In this document: positions 1 to 9,021 of the stretch, in pieces
Layout: each line of letters starts with the position of its first letter
How positions within the stretch are numbered: position 1 is the stretch's first letter
NCBI GenBank assembly: GCA_964408485.1
Contig: CAYOZJ010000001.1
Span: forward strand, 92,366 to 156,365
Source of the DNA: an uncultured Gammaproteobacteria bacterium
Lineage (GTDB): Bacteria; Patescibacteriota; Microgenomatia; Levybacterales; UBA12049
DNA: 64,000 nucleotides
Direction: 5' to 3'
The notes under the pieces: generated by a model
What the model was told of the DNA's origin: nothing
What the model saw: the letters and a program-made list of their open reading frames with translations, nothing else
The model's database searches: none
Made by a program: the position numbers and the translations under genes

Positions 1-141
1 TGTATCCATAACAGGACCAACTGGAACAGTTGGATCTACTGGTGCAACTGGTGCTGGATCTGTTGGAACAGTTCCTGGCGTTGGAATTACTTGGTCCAAA
101 GGACCATTTGGTTGTGGCGTTGTTTGTGTATTATCATCCAT
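1..141 (-). CDS. Partial Pro/Thr/Val-rich hypothetical protein (N-terminus only)
   Basis: ATG at 141 preceded by GGAGGTGA SD; MDDNTQTTPQPNGPLDQVIPTPGTVP... runs off the window. Confidence 0.6.
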   Translation of the reverse strand, partial: MDDNTQTTPQPNGPLDQVIPTPGTVPTDPAPVAPVDPTVPVGPVMDT

Positions 142-216
142 GACACTCACCTCCTCTCATTTTAAAAAATAGGTATACATCCATTAAATCGAAAAGTGAA
201 AGGGGTTGTCAATGTA

Positions 217-1557
217 TCAGTTTGCAGTTGTAACCGGAGTAGTATCTTGTCTCCTGTCCATACTGTAGAATTTAATTCTGTCTCCTCTAAATAGCAGGTT
301 AATTTCTCCTGTTGGGCCGTTACGATGCTTTGCAATAAGTAAATTAATAGGTAACGGTGATCCTGTTGCGTCTGGGTCTGCACGATACAAAAACATAACC
401 ACATCCGCATCCTGCTCGATTGCGCCGGATTCTCGAAGATCTGCAAGTTGTGGCTTTGCTTCCCCTCTATGCTCCACTGCACGAGAAAGCTGAGATAACG
501 CAAGGATTGGAATCTTTAACTCTCTTGCTAAATTCTTGAGTGATTGAGAAACAATAGAAACTTCCTGCACACGTGATTCTACTTTTCGTCCTGGGTTGAC
601 AAGCTGTAAATAGTCAACAACAATAAGTCCAACATTATGCTCTAACTGAAGCCTTCTGGCTTTTGTCCGCATTTCAGAAATAGTAATACCCGGTGTATCG
701 TCAATAAAAATTGGCGCATCAGCAAGTTGTCCCATGGCTTCGGATAACTTCGTAAAGTCCTGCTCTGACAATTTTCCTGTCTTTAATCTCCATGCATCAA
801 CATCTGCTTGACCAACAAGAAGTCTGTCAACCAATTCTTCTTGAGACATTTCTAAAGAAAAAATGCCAATTGGTGTTTTGTTATCTACTGCAATTTGCTG
901 TGCAATATTCATTGCCATTGCTGTTTTTCCTGTACCCGGGCGGGCCGCAAGAATAAGTAAGTTAGACGCCTGCATACCGGACAGCATATTATCTAAATCG
1001 GCAAACCCTGTCCTAACACCACGAAGTCCCTCTCCTTTTTTATGCAACTCATCAATTCTGTCAAAACTTGCTGCCAAGCTTTGTTTAATTGGAATAAAAC
1101 CTTTGGTAGTATTTCCCTGGGAAATAGAAAAAATACCAGATTCTGCTTTTTCTATTGTGTCACGCAATTCTCTTTCTTGATTAAATGAGTCTTCGGTAAT
1201 TTCTGCTGAGAGATGAATGAGACGCCTCTTTGTTGCACCGTCTTTAATAAGCCTCGCATATTGCTCAACATTACTTGCTGTTGGAACACTATTTACCAAC
1301 TCAGTAAGATACGCGCTTGTTATTCCGTCTGATGCTTTTAGCTTTTTAAGCTCTGATGAAAGAGTAACAATATCTATTGGACTTCTATTTTCATACAACG
1401 CAAGCATTGCATTAAAAATAGTGCCATTTTTATTGTCGTAAAAATCTCCTGGTCCTAAAATTTCTGACGCAATATTGATTGCATCTTTGTCTATAAGAAT
1501 TGCGCCCAAAACAGAAATTTCTGCTTCTAAATTATGTGGAGGAACTTTTGGTTTCAT
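217..1557 (-). CDS. dnaB: Replicative DNA helicase
   Basis: PPHNLEAE N-terminus, Walker A AARPGTGKT, FSLEMS, DYLQL, LRESGAIEQDAD. Confidence 0.98.
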   Translation of the reverse strand: MKPKVPPHNLEAEISVLGAILIDKDAINIASEILGPGDFYDNKNGTIFNAMLALYENRSPIDIVTLSSELKKLKASDGITSAYLTELVNSVPTASNVEQYARLIKDGATKRRLIHLSAEITEDSFNQERELRDTIEKAESGIFSISQGNTTKGFIPIKQSLAASFDRIDELHKKGEGLRGVRTGFADLDNMLSGMQASNLLILAARPGTGKTAMAMNIAQQIAVDNKTPIGIFSLEMSQEELVDRLLVGQADVDAWRLKTGKLSEQDFTKLSEAMGQLADAPIFIDDTPGITISEMRTKARRLQLEHNVGLIVVDYLQLVNPGRKVESRVQEVSIVSQSLKNLARELKIPILALSQLSRAVEHRGEAKPQLADLRESGAIEQDADVVMFLYRADPDATGSPLPINLLIAKHRNGPTGEINLLFRGDRIKFYSMDRRQDTTPVTTAN

Positions 1558-1659
1558 ACAGGTTCAATCATAGTATACCAAACGATGTGAAAAGCAAGGG
1601 GAAAAAGATAATAAAAAAGACTTTACATTTCTTTTGATGTATTATATACTATAAGTTAT

Positions 1660-2028
1660 ATGTCGGCTGATATACCCGTAAATTGTTTTAGCTACGCAGT
1701 TGAGGAGGCACTACGTGAGGGAAAGGAAGAATTTATTGCTCCGGATGATATCGTGTATGTTCTTGGCAATCGCTTTGTACTTGTACAAAGCATAAATGAA
1801 GCAACTACGGCAGTTGCTATTGAATATCCCGATACCGCAGGGGATCCAAGAAGAGTTAAAGCGATTCATGCCGCAGCGATTGTACCGGGAACAACACTTG
1901 TTACAGAAAGACAACACGCTGGAGCAGATGTATGCCCTCCCAAGCCAATTGCTGAAGCAATGAAAGGATATCGATTTATTCGATATTATAGACCACGAGA
2001 ACTTCCACCGGTTAGCCCAAGAAGATAA
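1660..2028 (+). CDS. Hypothetical protein
   Basis: 122 aa ORF; TTTACA-17-TATACT promoter at 1622-1650. Confidence 0.65.
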   Translation: MSADIPVNCFSYAVEEALREGKEEFIAPDDIVYVLGNRFVLVQSINEATTAVAIEYPDTAGDPRRVKAIHAAAIVPGTTLVTERQHAGADVCPPKPIAEAMKGYRFIRYYRPRELPPVSPRR

Positions 2029-2530
2029 ATTCTGTTTCTTGGGGTAATTTATCTTTTGTTACAACGTATTTCCCAACAATTGCATGCGGCTTATCAAATG
2101 CTTTTGCATTCTCCTCTGCTTTTTCTCCAACAAATATAAGTACCCGCGCGTTAATTACTCCCATAACTGTTTGGCTAAGTACATCATTGGCAAAAAGCAC
2201 TGCAACATCATGTTCGTGCAATTTCTCTTTAAACATTACAGCAGAGGTTACATTGCCAACAAAAACAGCCATACCTTCCATAGTAACGGTATACATTACT
2301 TCTTCATCGATTTTAAATCCGGTAATTTTTGTCCCCTTCACTTCGTATTCGCCAGGTCCTTGAAAAATAATTCCTGATTCTTCTGTAAAAAATTCCTTTG
2401 ATTGCTCCGTACCCAATAGAAGGGATCCATCTGCTGGGGTTTTACTTTTCCCTGCTGGAAGATTGGTGACAAGCGTTACTTGTTTACCTTTTATTCTAAC
2501 GTTTGTAGGAGTTATGTATGAAATTTCCAT
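2012..2530 (-). CDS. Degenerate metallo-beta-lactamase-fold protein
   Basis: MEISY...RIKGK and GPGEYEVKG motifs; metal-binding His motif absent. Confidence 0.65.
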   Translation of the reverse strand: MEISYITPTNVRIKGKQVTLVTNLPAGKSKTPADGSLLLGTEQSKEFFTEESGIIFQGPGEYEVKGTKITGFKIDEEVMYTVTMEGMAVFVGNVTSAVMFKEKLHEHDVAVLFANDVLSQTVMGVINARVLIFVGEKAEENAKAFDKPHAIVGKYVVTKDKLPQETEFIFLG

Positions 2531-2621
2531 TTTTCCATAGTATCAAACTACAATTGAATTGACAAGTCAACATGAGTATCGTATTATTCAATACACTTGA
2601 GCGTCCCCTGTCCTTTTTGTT

Positions 2622-3044
2622 ATGCGAATTGAGAAAATTATTTTAGCCGTGGCCGGAATTTTTGCAGGACTTTTTGTTGCGGGAATTGCATTTTACATTT
2701 ACCAAACAACCAAAACAATTTCGCCAAGTAGCATTAAGACTATTACATTGCAAAAACCCACACCTGCAGGAAATCTGGTCCCGCTTGTTATTTCTAGTCC
2801 GACCGATGAGAGTGTCATCACTTCACGGGTAGTGCAAATAAATGGCAAAACAAGCCCTCAGGCAACTGTTATTGTGACAACCGATGGAACAGATACGATT
2901 GTTAATCCAAGCAGTGATGGTAATTTTTCGCTCAGTATGACTGTTGATAGCGGCGAAGATAGACTAACCATTACTGCAATTATGCCTGACGGATCTGAGT
3001 CACAAAAGCAAATAACAATTAACGTAACAAGTGAAGATTTCTAA
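2622..3044 (+). CDS. Membrane-anchored protein with Ig-like domain
   Basis: N-terminal TM; PLVISSP...GKT...DGNFS beta-rich pattern. Confidence 0.7.
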   Translation: MRIEKIILAVAGIFAGLFVAGIAFYIYQTTKTISPSSIKTITLQKPTPAGNLVPLVISSPTDESVITSRVVQINGKTSPQATVIVTTDGTDTIVNPSSDGNFSLSMTVDSGEDRLTITAIMPDGSESQKQITINVTSEDF

Positions 3045-3064
3045 TACATTCGACAAGCTCAGTA
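3045..3064. repeat. TTCGACAAGCTCAG-type mini palindrome
   Basis: tacattcgacaagctcagta; relatives at 25241, 25313, 36989, 52025, 58470-58525. Confidence 0.65.
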
Positions 3065-3071
3065 TACTATT

Positions 3072-3854
3072 ATGAAACGATATTTTTTTCTTTTATTTTT
3101 ACTTCTTACAATACTATTGTTGCCTAAGGTAAGTTGGGCTGCAACAACTCCAACCCCGATTAAATCGGGGCCGACCCCAACAGGTAATCAAATCGAACAA
3201 CAAATTAATAATTTAAAGGATAGAATTGCCAGTCGTGTTGCGCAATTAAATCTTGTTGAAAAAAAAGGATTTATCGGTAGCGTTACAGATATTTCTGAAA
3301 CGCAAATTACTATTCAGGATTTACAAGGTAACACACGAATTATTGACGTTGACGAGCTAACAAAATTCTCTTCTCCCTCTGCAAAATCCAGCTTTGGCAT
3401 TTCTGACATTGCGAAAGGTACAACAATTGGCGTAATTGGACTATACAATAAAGATTCCAGGCGCCTCTTGGCACGTTTTGTTGACGTTGTCCAATTACCA
3501 CAAATTTTCTCAGGAGGAATAGTAGGTATAGATAAAGATAACTTTACCTTTACTATGGCAACGGAAAAAAGCCAATCAGTAAATATCGACATTGAAAGTA
3601 TTACTAAAACAACAAGCTATACCAAAACAGATGGGTCTGTTAAAGCAGGATTCTCAAAATTAGCAATAGGACAACGAGTCTTGGTTATTGGTTTTCCAGA
3701 TGCGCGAAATAAAAACCTTACTATTGCATCACGTGTTATTGTTTTTCCTGACCTACCGGTAAATCCAAAAATTCCTCTTATTAATCCAACAGATCTTGCA
3801 CCAATTACGCCGTCCACAGGGAGCGGCAAAACACTGACCCCCATTAAAAAGTGA
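3072..3854 (+). CDS. Secreted protein with tandem OB-like (DUF5666-like) repeats
   Basis: Signal peptide; two G.V..I.....ITI...G beta repeats. Confidence 0.6.
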   Translation: MKRYFFLLFLLLTILLLPKVSWAATTPTPIKSGPTPTGNQIEQQINNLKDRIASRVAQLNLVEKKGFIGSVTDISETQITIQDLQGNTRIIDVDELTKFSSPSAKSSFGISDIAKGTTIGVIGLYNKDSRRLLARFVDVVQLPQIFSGGIVGIDKDNFTFTMATEKSQSVNIDIESITKTTSYTKTDGSVKAGFSKLAIGQRVLVIGFPDARNKNLTIASRVIVFPDLPVNPKIPLINPTDLAPITPSTGSGKTLTPIKK

Positions 3855-3941
3855 GCGTTAAGGGTATAGCGTCAAGCGTTAAGAAAGTTTTCTCTAAAAA
3901 ACTCATATTCTTTACCCTTCGCTTTACGCTTTCCCCTAGCT
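3855..3941. repeat. Inverted pair of degenerate heptamer tandem repeats (STRR-like)
   Basis: agcgtta/agggtat/agcgtca/agcgtta then tttaccc/ttcgc/tttacgc/tttcccc. Confidence 0.65.
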
Positions 3942-3957
3942 ATGAGATAATAGCTCC

Positions 3958-5118
3958 ATGAAGTCCCGTCTTAACCATCTCCAGCAAATCATGTCAGCGG
4001 CAGCTGTCGATGGATTTCTTATCTCTTCAAGTAGTAATATTTTTTATCTGTCCGGATTTAATAGATTTTTAGAAGATCACGACGGATTTCTCCTTGTTAC
4101 CAAAAAGGATCACTATCTTATTACTAGTCCCCTCTATACAGAAGCAGTAAAAAAATTTACGCCAGATTTACAGATTCTGGAAACATCTCCTGATGCATGG
4201 TATGCGCAAATGGTAAAACAAGTTGCAGAAAAGCAAAATATAAAAGTGATTGGTTTTGAAGAAAAAGATTTACGTGTCGCAGAATTTTTTGATTTAGAGG
4301 AGCAGAAAATAGAACTAAAAAGCGTATCTCTACGCAACTTACGACTTCAAAAAGATGCTAAGGAAATTAGTGCAATTTCCAAAGCATGCATACTCACCGA
4401 TAAGGCGTTTGAGCATATTCTTCCATTTATTAAAGAAGGCGTAACCGAACTCGATTTAGCAAATAAGATGCAAGAATTTTTAAAGAAAAATAATTCCGAC
4501 ATGGGCTTTCCTGCGATAGTTGCTTTTGGCAGACACTCTGCTGTCCCCCACCATATGACGAGTGAGGAAAAGCTGATAAAAAACAGTTTTGTTTTATTTG
4601 ATTTTGGCGTAAAAGTAGATAGTTACCTCTCCGATATGAGTCGTACTGTTTTTTACGGTGTACCAAGTACTGGACAAATCAAATTATATGAAACAGTTAA
4701 AAAGTCCCAACAAGCAGCAATAGACTATATTGAAAAAAAGCTTCAAACTGTCATTCTGGGGAACGAGGAACGAGTGACACCAGAATCTCGTTCAAAGATA
4801 GATTCTGGACAAGCCAGAATGACGATACCCGACATTTTTACTAAAGACGTGGATGCTCTTTCCCGAAAAGTAATTGAAGACGCAAAATTTACAGCCTACC
4901 CTCACGCGCTAGGACATGGTATAGGACTCGAAGTCCATGAAGCGCCAACCCTCTCTTTGTATTCACCAGAGAAATTATTGGATGGAATGGTATTCACTCT
5001 TGAACCAGGAATCTACGAACCCTCAATGGGTGGAGTCAGAATTGAAGACATGTATGTAATCAGGAATCAGAAACTTGAACAATTGACTCACGCATCCAAA
5101 GAACTTATTGTAATATAG
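3958..5118 (+). CDS. Xaa-Pro aminopeptidase (M24B) with in-frame palindrome insertion
   Basis: Creatinase-N domain; PHH, DFG..YLSDMSRT, HALGHGIGLEVHE, EPG, GGVRIED. Confidence 0.93.
   Translation: MKSRLNHLQQIMSAAAVDGFLISSSSNIFYLSGFNRFLEDHDGFLLVTKKDHYLITSPLYTEAVKKFTPDLQILETSPDAWYAQMVKQVAEKQNIKVIGFEEKDLRVAEFFDLEEQKIELKSVSLRNLRLQKDAKEISAISKACILTDKAFEHILPFIKEGVTELDLANKMQEFLKKNNSDMGFPAIVAFGRHSAVPHHMTSEEKLIKNSFVLFDFGVKVDSYLSDMSRTVFYGVPSTGQIKLYETVKKSQQAAIDYIEKKLQTVILGNEERVTPESRSKIDSGQARMTIPDIFTKDVDALSRKVIEDAKFTAYPHALGHGIGLEVHEAPTLSLYSPEKLLDGMVFTLEPGIYEPSMGGVRIEDMYVIRNQKLEQLTHASKELIVI
4750..4823. repeat. GTCAT...ATGAC two-arm palindromic element, in frame
   Basis: GTCATTCTGG...CCAGAATCT-spacer-AGATTCTGGACAAGCCAGAATGAC; right arm is the exact reverse complement of 42654-42677. 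Confidence 0.85.
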
Positions 5119-5149
5119 TACCTTTGTTTTCCTCTACTAAAAATTCTTG

Positions 5150-5221
5150 AATTGTTATATTATTAAATTGTTATATTGTTTGAATAATTTTAGCAATTTA
5201 GCAATTCAACAATGTAGCAAT
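5150..5221. repeat. Inverted pair of degenerate 8-mer repeats
   Basis: attgttat/attattaa... versus ttagcaat/ttagcaat/tcaacaat/gtagcaat; similar at 54315-54360 and 58885-58956. Confidence 0.6.
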
Positions 5222-5230
5222 GTATATCTT

Positions 5231-6232
5231 ATGCTCGAAGAATTCAAAAAACAATCCACCTTACTCAAAACCTTTCTTATTTTAGCATCCATTGCTCTCG
5301 GCATATATCTTTTTCAAATGCTCTGGGGAGTTTTGGGATTTTTCTCTGATGTACTGATTATCCTTTTTTCCGCTTGGATTGTTAGCTTTATTTTAGGACC
5401 AGCAGTAGGATTTTTAGAAAAGCGTCTTAAAATGCCAAAGATTGTTGCAGCACTTGTTGTGTATGTATTGTTTTTTGCGCTTTTTGCCGTTGCGATTATT
5501 AACTTTATTCCTGTTGTCACATCACAATATTTTGCTTTAGTTAAGGTACTACCAAAATATCAACATACCTTCCCTTATTATGTTAATCGTGCAACACAAG
5601 TTGCACTTACTACCGTTGGTAATTCTCTTACGCTTATCCCCGCAATTGGAAGCTTTTTTGTAGGACTTATTATGGTCCTTATTGCCTCCTTTTATTTTGT
5701 TGTTGATAAAGAGCGGATTAGTAAAGAAATATTTTTCCTTATCCCCAAAAAATATCATGATCAAGCATTGTATGTCCAAGAGCTTATCGATAACACGTTT
5801 GGGTCGTTTATTCGTGTGCAAATTATTTTTGGCATTATTGCAGGACTTGCAACGTGGTTGATTATGACAATTTTTGGTGTTGGCTTTGCTGCTTCCACTG
5901 CTCTTGTTGCTGGAATTTTAACAATTGTCCCTATTGTTGGCGGCCTTTTTGCACTTGTCCCCCCTGTTGCAATTGCTCTTCTTGCAGACCCATGGAAAGC
6001 ACTTTTTGTCTTAATCTCTCTTGTTGTCATGCAGCAAATAATATTCAATATTATCTTTCCCCGCGTTGTTGGTAATGCGCTAAAGCTACATCCTGTCGTT
6101 GTTATTTTTTCATTCTTTATTGGATATAAAATTGCAGGATCGTTTGGCGTTATTTTTGCCGTACCATTTATTGCTGTTATTTTTGTTATTCTCCACAGAC
6201 TCTCCCATCACTTCTTGGAAAAACAAGGCTAA
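5231..6232 (+). CDS. AI-2E family transporter
   Basis: Multi-TM; IVPIVG, FPRVVGNALKLHP, GVIFAVP; start moved past repeat region. Confidence 0.9.
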   Translation: MLEEFKKQSTLLKTFLILASIALGIYLFQMLWGVLGFFSDVLIILFSAWIVSFILGPAVGFLEKRLKMPKIVAALVVYVLFFALFAVAIINFIPVVTSQYFALVKVLPKYQHTFPYYVNRATQVALTTVGNSLTLIPAIGSFFVGLIMVLIASFYFVVDKERISKEIFFLIPKKYHDQALYVQELIDNTFGSFIRVQIIFGIIAGLATWLIMTIFGVGFAASTALVAGILTIVPIVGGLFALVPPVAIALLADPWKALFVLISLVVMQQIIFNIIFPRVVGNALKLHPVVVIFSFFIGYKIAGSFGVIFAVPFIAVIFVILHRLSHHFLEKQG

Positions 6233-6245
6233 ATTTACCTCTTGA

Positions 6246-6283
6246 CCCGATTTACTCCGATTAAATCGGAGTTAAAATCGGGG
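6246..6283. repeat. Nested CCCCGATTNAATCGGGG-type micro-palindrome flanked by CTTGAC direct repeat
   Basis: cttgac ccgattt[actccgattaaatcggagt]taaaatcgggg cttgac. Confidence 0.75.
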
Positions 6284-6284
6284 C

Positions 6285-6325
6285 TTGACTTTAGTTAAGT
6301 AAAGTACTATACTCTACACTAGAGT
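6285..6325 (+). promoter_or_regulatory. Sigma70 promoter overlapped by palindromic operators
   Basis: TTGACT(6285)-17-TATACT(6308); ACTTTA-N6-TAAAGT 6288-6305; ACTCTA-CAC-TAGAGT 6311-6325. Confidence 0.75.
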
Positions 6326-6336
6326 TAGTAATCTGT

Positions 6337-6657
6337 ATGGATTATTTGCATACGAAAGACACAAAAGAATTATTCAAAGCAATCTTACTTTTAAAAACAG
6401 AGGAAGATTGCAGACGATTCTTGCGAGACTTGCTCACCGAAGCAGAAATAAAAGAGTTTGCTAATCGGTGGAAAGTTGTTCGGATGTTGGATATTAAAAC
6501 GCCATACGAGACAATAACCAGCCAAACAGGCATGAGCAGCACAACAATTGCGCGAATTGCCAAATGGCTACACGGTAAAGTTGGAGGATATACATTTATG
6601 TTAAAACGAATAAAAAATGAAAAAGCAAGTCATCACGCTCCCCTAGCAGCGGCGTGA
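6337..6657 (+). CDS. YerC/YecD (TrpR-like, HisR-type) repressor
   Basis: LFKAILLL..EEDC.RFLRDLLT..EI...A.RW.V...L...Y..I...TG.SSTTIARIA. Confidence 0.92.
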   Translation: MDYLHTKDTKELFKAILLLKTEEDCRRFLRDLLTEAEIKEFANRWKVVRMLDIKTPYETITSQTGMSSTTIARIAKWLHGKVGGYTFMLKRIKNEKASHHAPLAAA

Positions 6658-6704
6658 TTTGATGTGTTAGAAAAATAAATCACCCGCCAGAGAGCGGGTT
6701 TTTT
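6631..6704 (+). promoter_or_regulatory. Putative His-responsive transcription attenuator
   Basis: CAT CAC codons 6631-6636; 1:2 (6632-39/6651-58), 2:3 (6649-60/6677-87), 3:4 terminator. Confidence 0.7.
6682..6704 (+). terminator. Intrinsic terminator of the attenuator
   Basis: ACCCGC-cagaga-GCGGGT followed by TTTTT. Confidence 0.8.
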
Positions 6705-6727
6705 AGTGATAATGGGAGCAAAAAAAT

Positions 6728-7876
6728 ATGAAAAAACAACAAGATTTAATAATTATTGGAGGAGGCATTATGGGCCTCATGACAGCGTATTTTGCTTCAC
6801 AGTTTGTGAAGAATATTACTGTGCTTGAAAAATTAACCATTGGTAATAAAGAGTCAGCATCATTTAGTTTTACGAGATCAATGCGTAGTGACTACTTAGA
6901 TCCTGAGTATTCCCGTCTTGCGTATGAATCACAACAGATCTGGAAGCAAATCCAAAAAAAGGTGAAAAAACAGTTTCTCTTTTCTTGCGGATGCATGAAT
7001 ATTGCCAAAAAATCTGTTACCCCTGATTTTGCTAACACATATGCGCAGATTGCATATAACAATGAGCTGTCCGTGAATCTCCCAACAAAAAAGTTCACAA
7101 AATCTACATTAAAAAAAGTTTTCCCTCAATTTAGTGCAGATATGGCTTGCCTTGATATCGAGGCAGGATTTTTGTATCAACCGGTAATCAATGAATTTAT
7201 TCTTAGAACTCTTCAGGAGAGAAACGTAACTATTATTGAAAACGTTACTACAGAAAAAATTGTAGACAAAGATAGTGTAACAATTACAACAAACAAAGGT
7301 ACCTTTATAGCAAAGAAATTAGTTATTACTGCTGCATTAGGAACAAATAATGTCATTCAAAAAATTCAAGGAAATACAATCCAATTCCCTATATATCCTG
7401 ATAAACCTCAGGAATGCAAATATATCTACATTCCAAAGCGATTGCAAAAATTATTCTCTCCTAAAAATTTTCCTGTTTTTGCTTATTTAGATGTAGGTAT
7501 TTACGGACACCCTATTTTTGATGCCAAGAAACAATGCATTAAAGTTGGATTTTATAATCCACCAGACGTATCAAAGAAATTGAATAAAAGAATAAATTCT
7601 ATTGATTCATTCATTACTGAATGCTTGCCGTTACTTAAAGATGCAAAAAGAGAGTTGGTAAAAGATGCTGATCAGTGCTCGTATGACTTGGTTAAAGACG
7701 ATAATTTTATTTTAGGTAAATTACCAAAGTTTAAAAATATTCTTGTTGGATGCGGATGGCGTGGAACAGGATATAAATATGCTCCTCTTATTGGAAAAAT
7801 TCTTATGCAAGAAGCGCTGCAAAAAGGAACTGTTTATAACATTACGCGTTTTTCGCCGGAAAGGTTTGCAAAATGA
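6728..7876 (+). CDS. FAD-dependent oxidoreductase, sarcosine/N-methyl amino acid oxidase (DAO) family
   Basis: IIIGGGIMG; S...TR.MR..Y; C.YD...DDNFILG; G.GYKYAP.IG. Confidence 0.88.
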   Translation: MKKQQDLIIIGGGIMGLMTAYFASQFVKNITVLEKLTIGNKESASFSFTRSMRSDYLDPEYSRLAYESQQIWKQIQKKVKKQFLFSCGCMNIAKKSVTPDFANTYAQIAYNNELSVNLPTKKFTKSTLKKVFPQFSADMACLDIEAGFLYQPVINEFILRTLQERNVTIIENVTTEKIVDKDSVTITTNKGTFIAKKLVITAALGTNNVIQKIQGNTIQFPIYPDKPQECKYIYIPKRLQKLFSPKNFPVFAYLDVGIYGHPIFDAKKQCIKVGFYNPPDVSKKLNKRINSIDSFITECLPLLKDAKRELVKDADQCSYDLVKDDNFILGKLPKFKNILVGCGWRGTGYKYAPLIGKILMQEALQKGTVYNITRFSPERFAK

Positions 7877-8897
7877 AAAAAGGAATTCTTGAACGATTGC
7901 AAAAAGGGGTTGTTTTAGGGGCGGAAGGATATGTTTTTGAACTTGAATGCAGGGGGATATTAAAGCAGGTCCGTATGTACCTGAAGTGGTATTGGACGCA
8001 CCAAATGCAGTCAGAGAATTAAGCAATGAATTCCTGCGTGCTGGGGCAGAAGTAATTGTTGCACTTACCTACTACGCCAACAGAAATAAATTAAAAGATG
8101 TAGGACGGGAAGGAGATCTAGAGACATTAAATAGACAAGCAGTCAGAATTGCTAATCAGGTTGCCAAAAAAGGCAACGCGCTTGTTGCAGGAAATATCTG
8201 CAATACCTGGATGTACGATCCAAATGATAAAGAAAAAAGTGGCAAGGTTGTCAGGAAAATTTATCGCGAGCAACTACAATGGGCCATGCAGGAAGGAATA
8301 GATTTTGTTATCTCAGAAACAAATGATTACTTGGAAGAAGCGCTTATTGGACTACAGGAAATAAAACGCCTTGGTTTGCCTAGCATGGTTACCTTGGCTA
8401 CTATCCAAAAAGACAAAACAGCAGATGGATATGATTATATAGAAGCATGTAAAATTCTTGAAAAAAATGGAGCAGATATCGTTGGGCTTAACTGTGATAG
8501 AGGACCAGCAACCATGCTCCCCCTTTTGAAAAAAATTAGGAAAGCAGTAAAATGTTTTGTTGCTGCACAACCTGCACCATACCGAACAACACAGCAACAA
8601 TTTACTTTCGAATCACTCAAAAAAAATGGACAGCGCATTTTCCCTCTTGGACTCGATCCTTTTCTCCTTACTCGATTCGAAATGGCAGAATTTGCTAAAA
8701 AAGCAAAAGCAATCGGTATTAACTACATCGGCAGTTGCTGTGGAACAAACCCATCTATGACACGAGCCATGGCTGAGGCTTTGGGTCGAACGGTACCTGC
8801 AAGTAAATACTCGCCTGTTTTAGATTTACACCCTGTTATTGGCAATACTATTCAAACAGACAACAAAGAATTCATTGCAGATTGGAGAGATGACTAA
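7873..8897 (+). pseudogene. Homocysteine S-methyltransferase (BHMT-like), split by a -1 frameshift near 7952-7958
   Basis: ATGA-coupled start MKKGILERLQKGVVLGAEGYVFELECRG, continuing in -1 frame IKAGPYVPE...EFLRAGA; Zn ligands GLNC and GSCCG. Confidence 0.85.
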
Positions 8898-8898
8898 T

Positions 8899-9021
8899 AT
8901 GGAAATTGCACTCATTACTACCATTGTATTTTTTACTGTTAAAGGAATTATTTCTTTACTCGGAATTATCTGGGTTGGGAAAAAAGTTAAGAAATATATC
9001 AGAAGGGAAAATGAAAAATGA
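8899..9021 (+). CDS. Small (40 aa) membrane protein
   Basis: MEIALITTIVFFTVKGIISLLGIIWVGKKVKK...; tightly coupled to both neighbours. Confidence 0.6.
   Translation: MEIALITTIVFFTVKGIISLLGIIWVGKKVKKYIRRENEK

Noticed and set aside
5147-5230. N-terminal extensions in the ORF track (also nadD to 55093, prs to 58481, 48119, rpmE 13028, rpsU 62242)
   Set aside because: They run through repeats or promoters; internal ATGs match family N-termini
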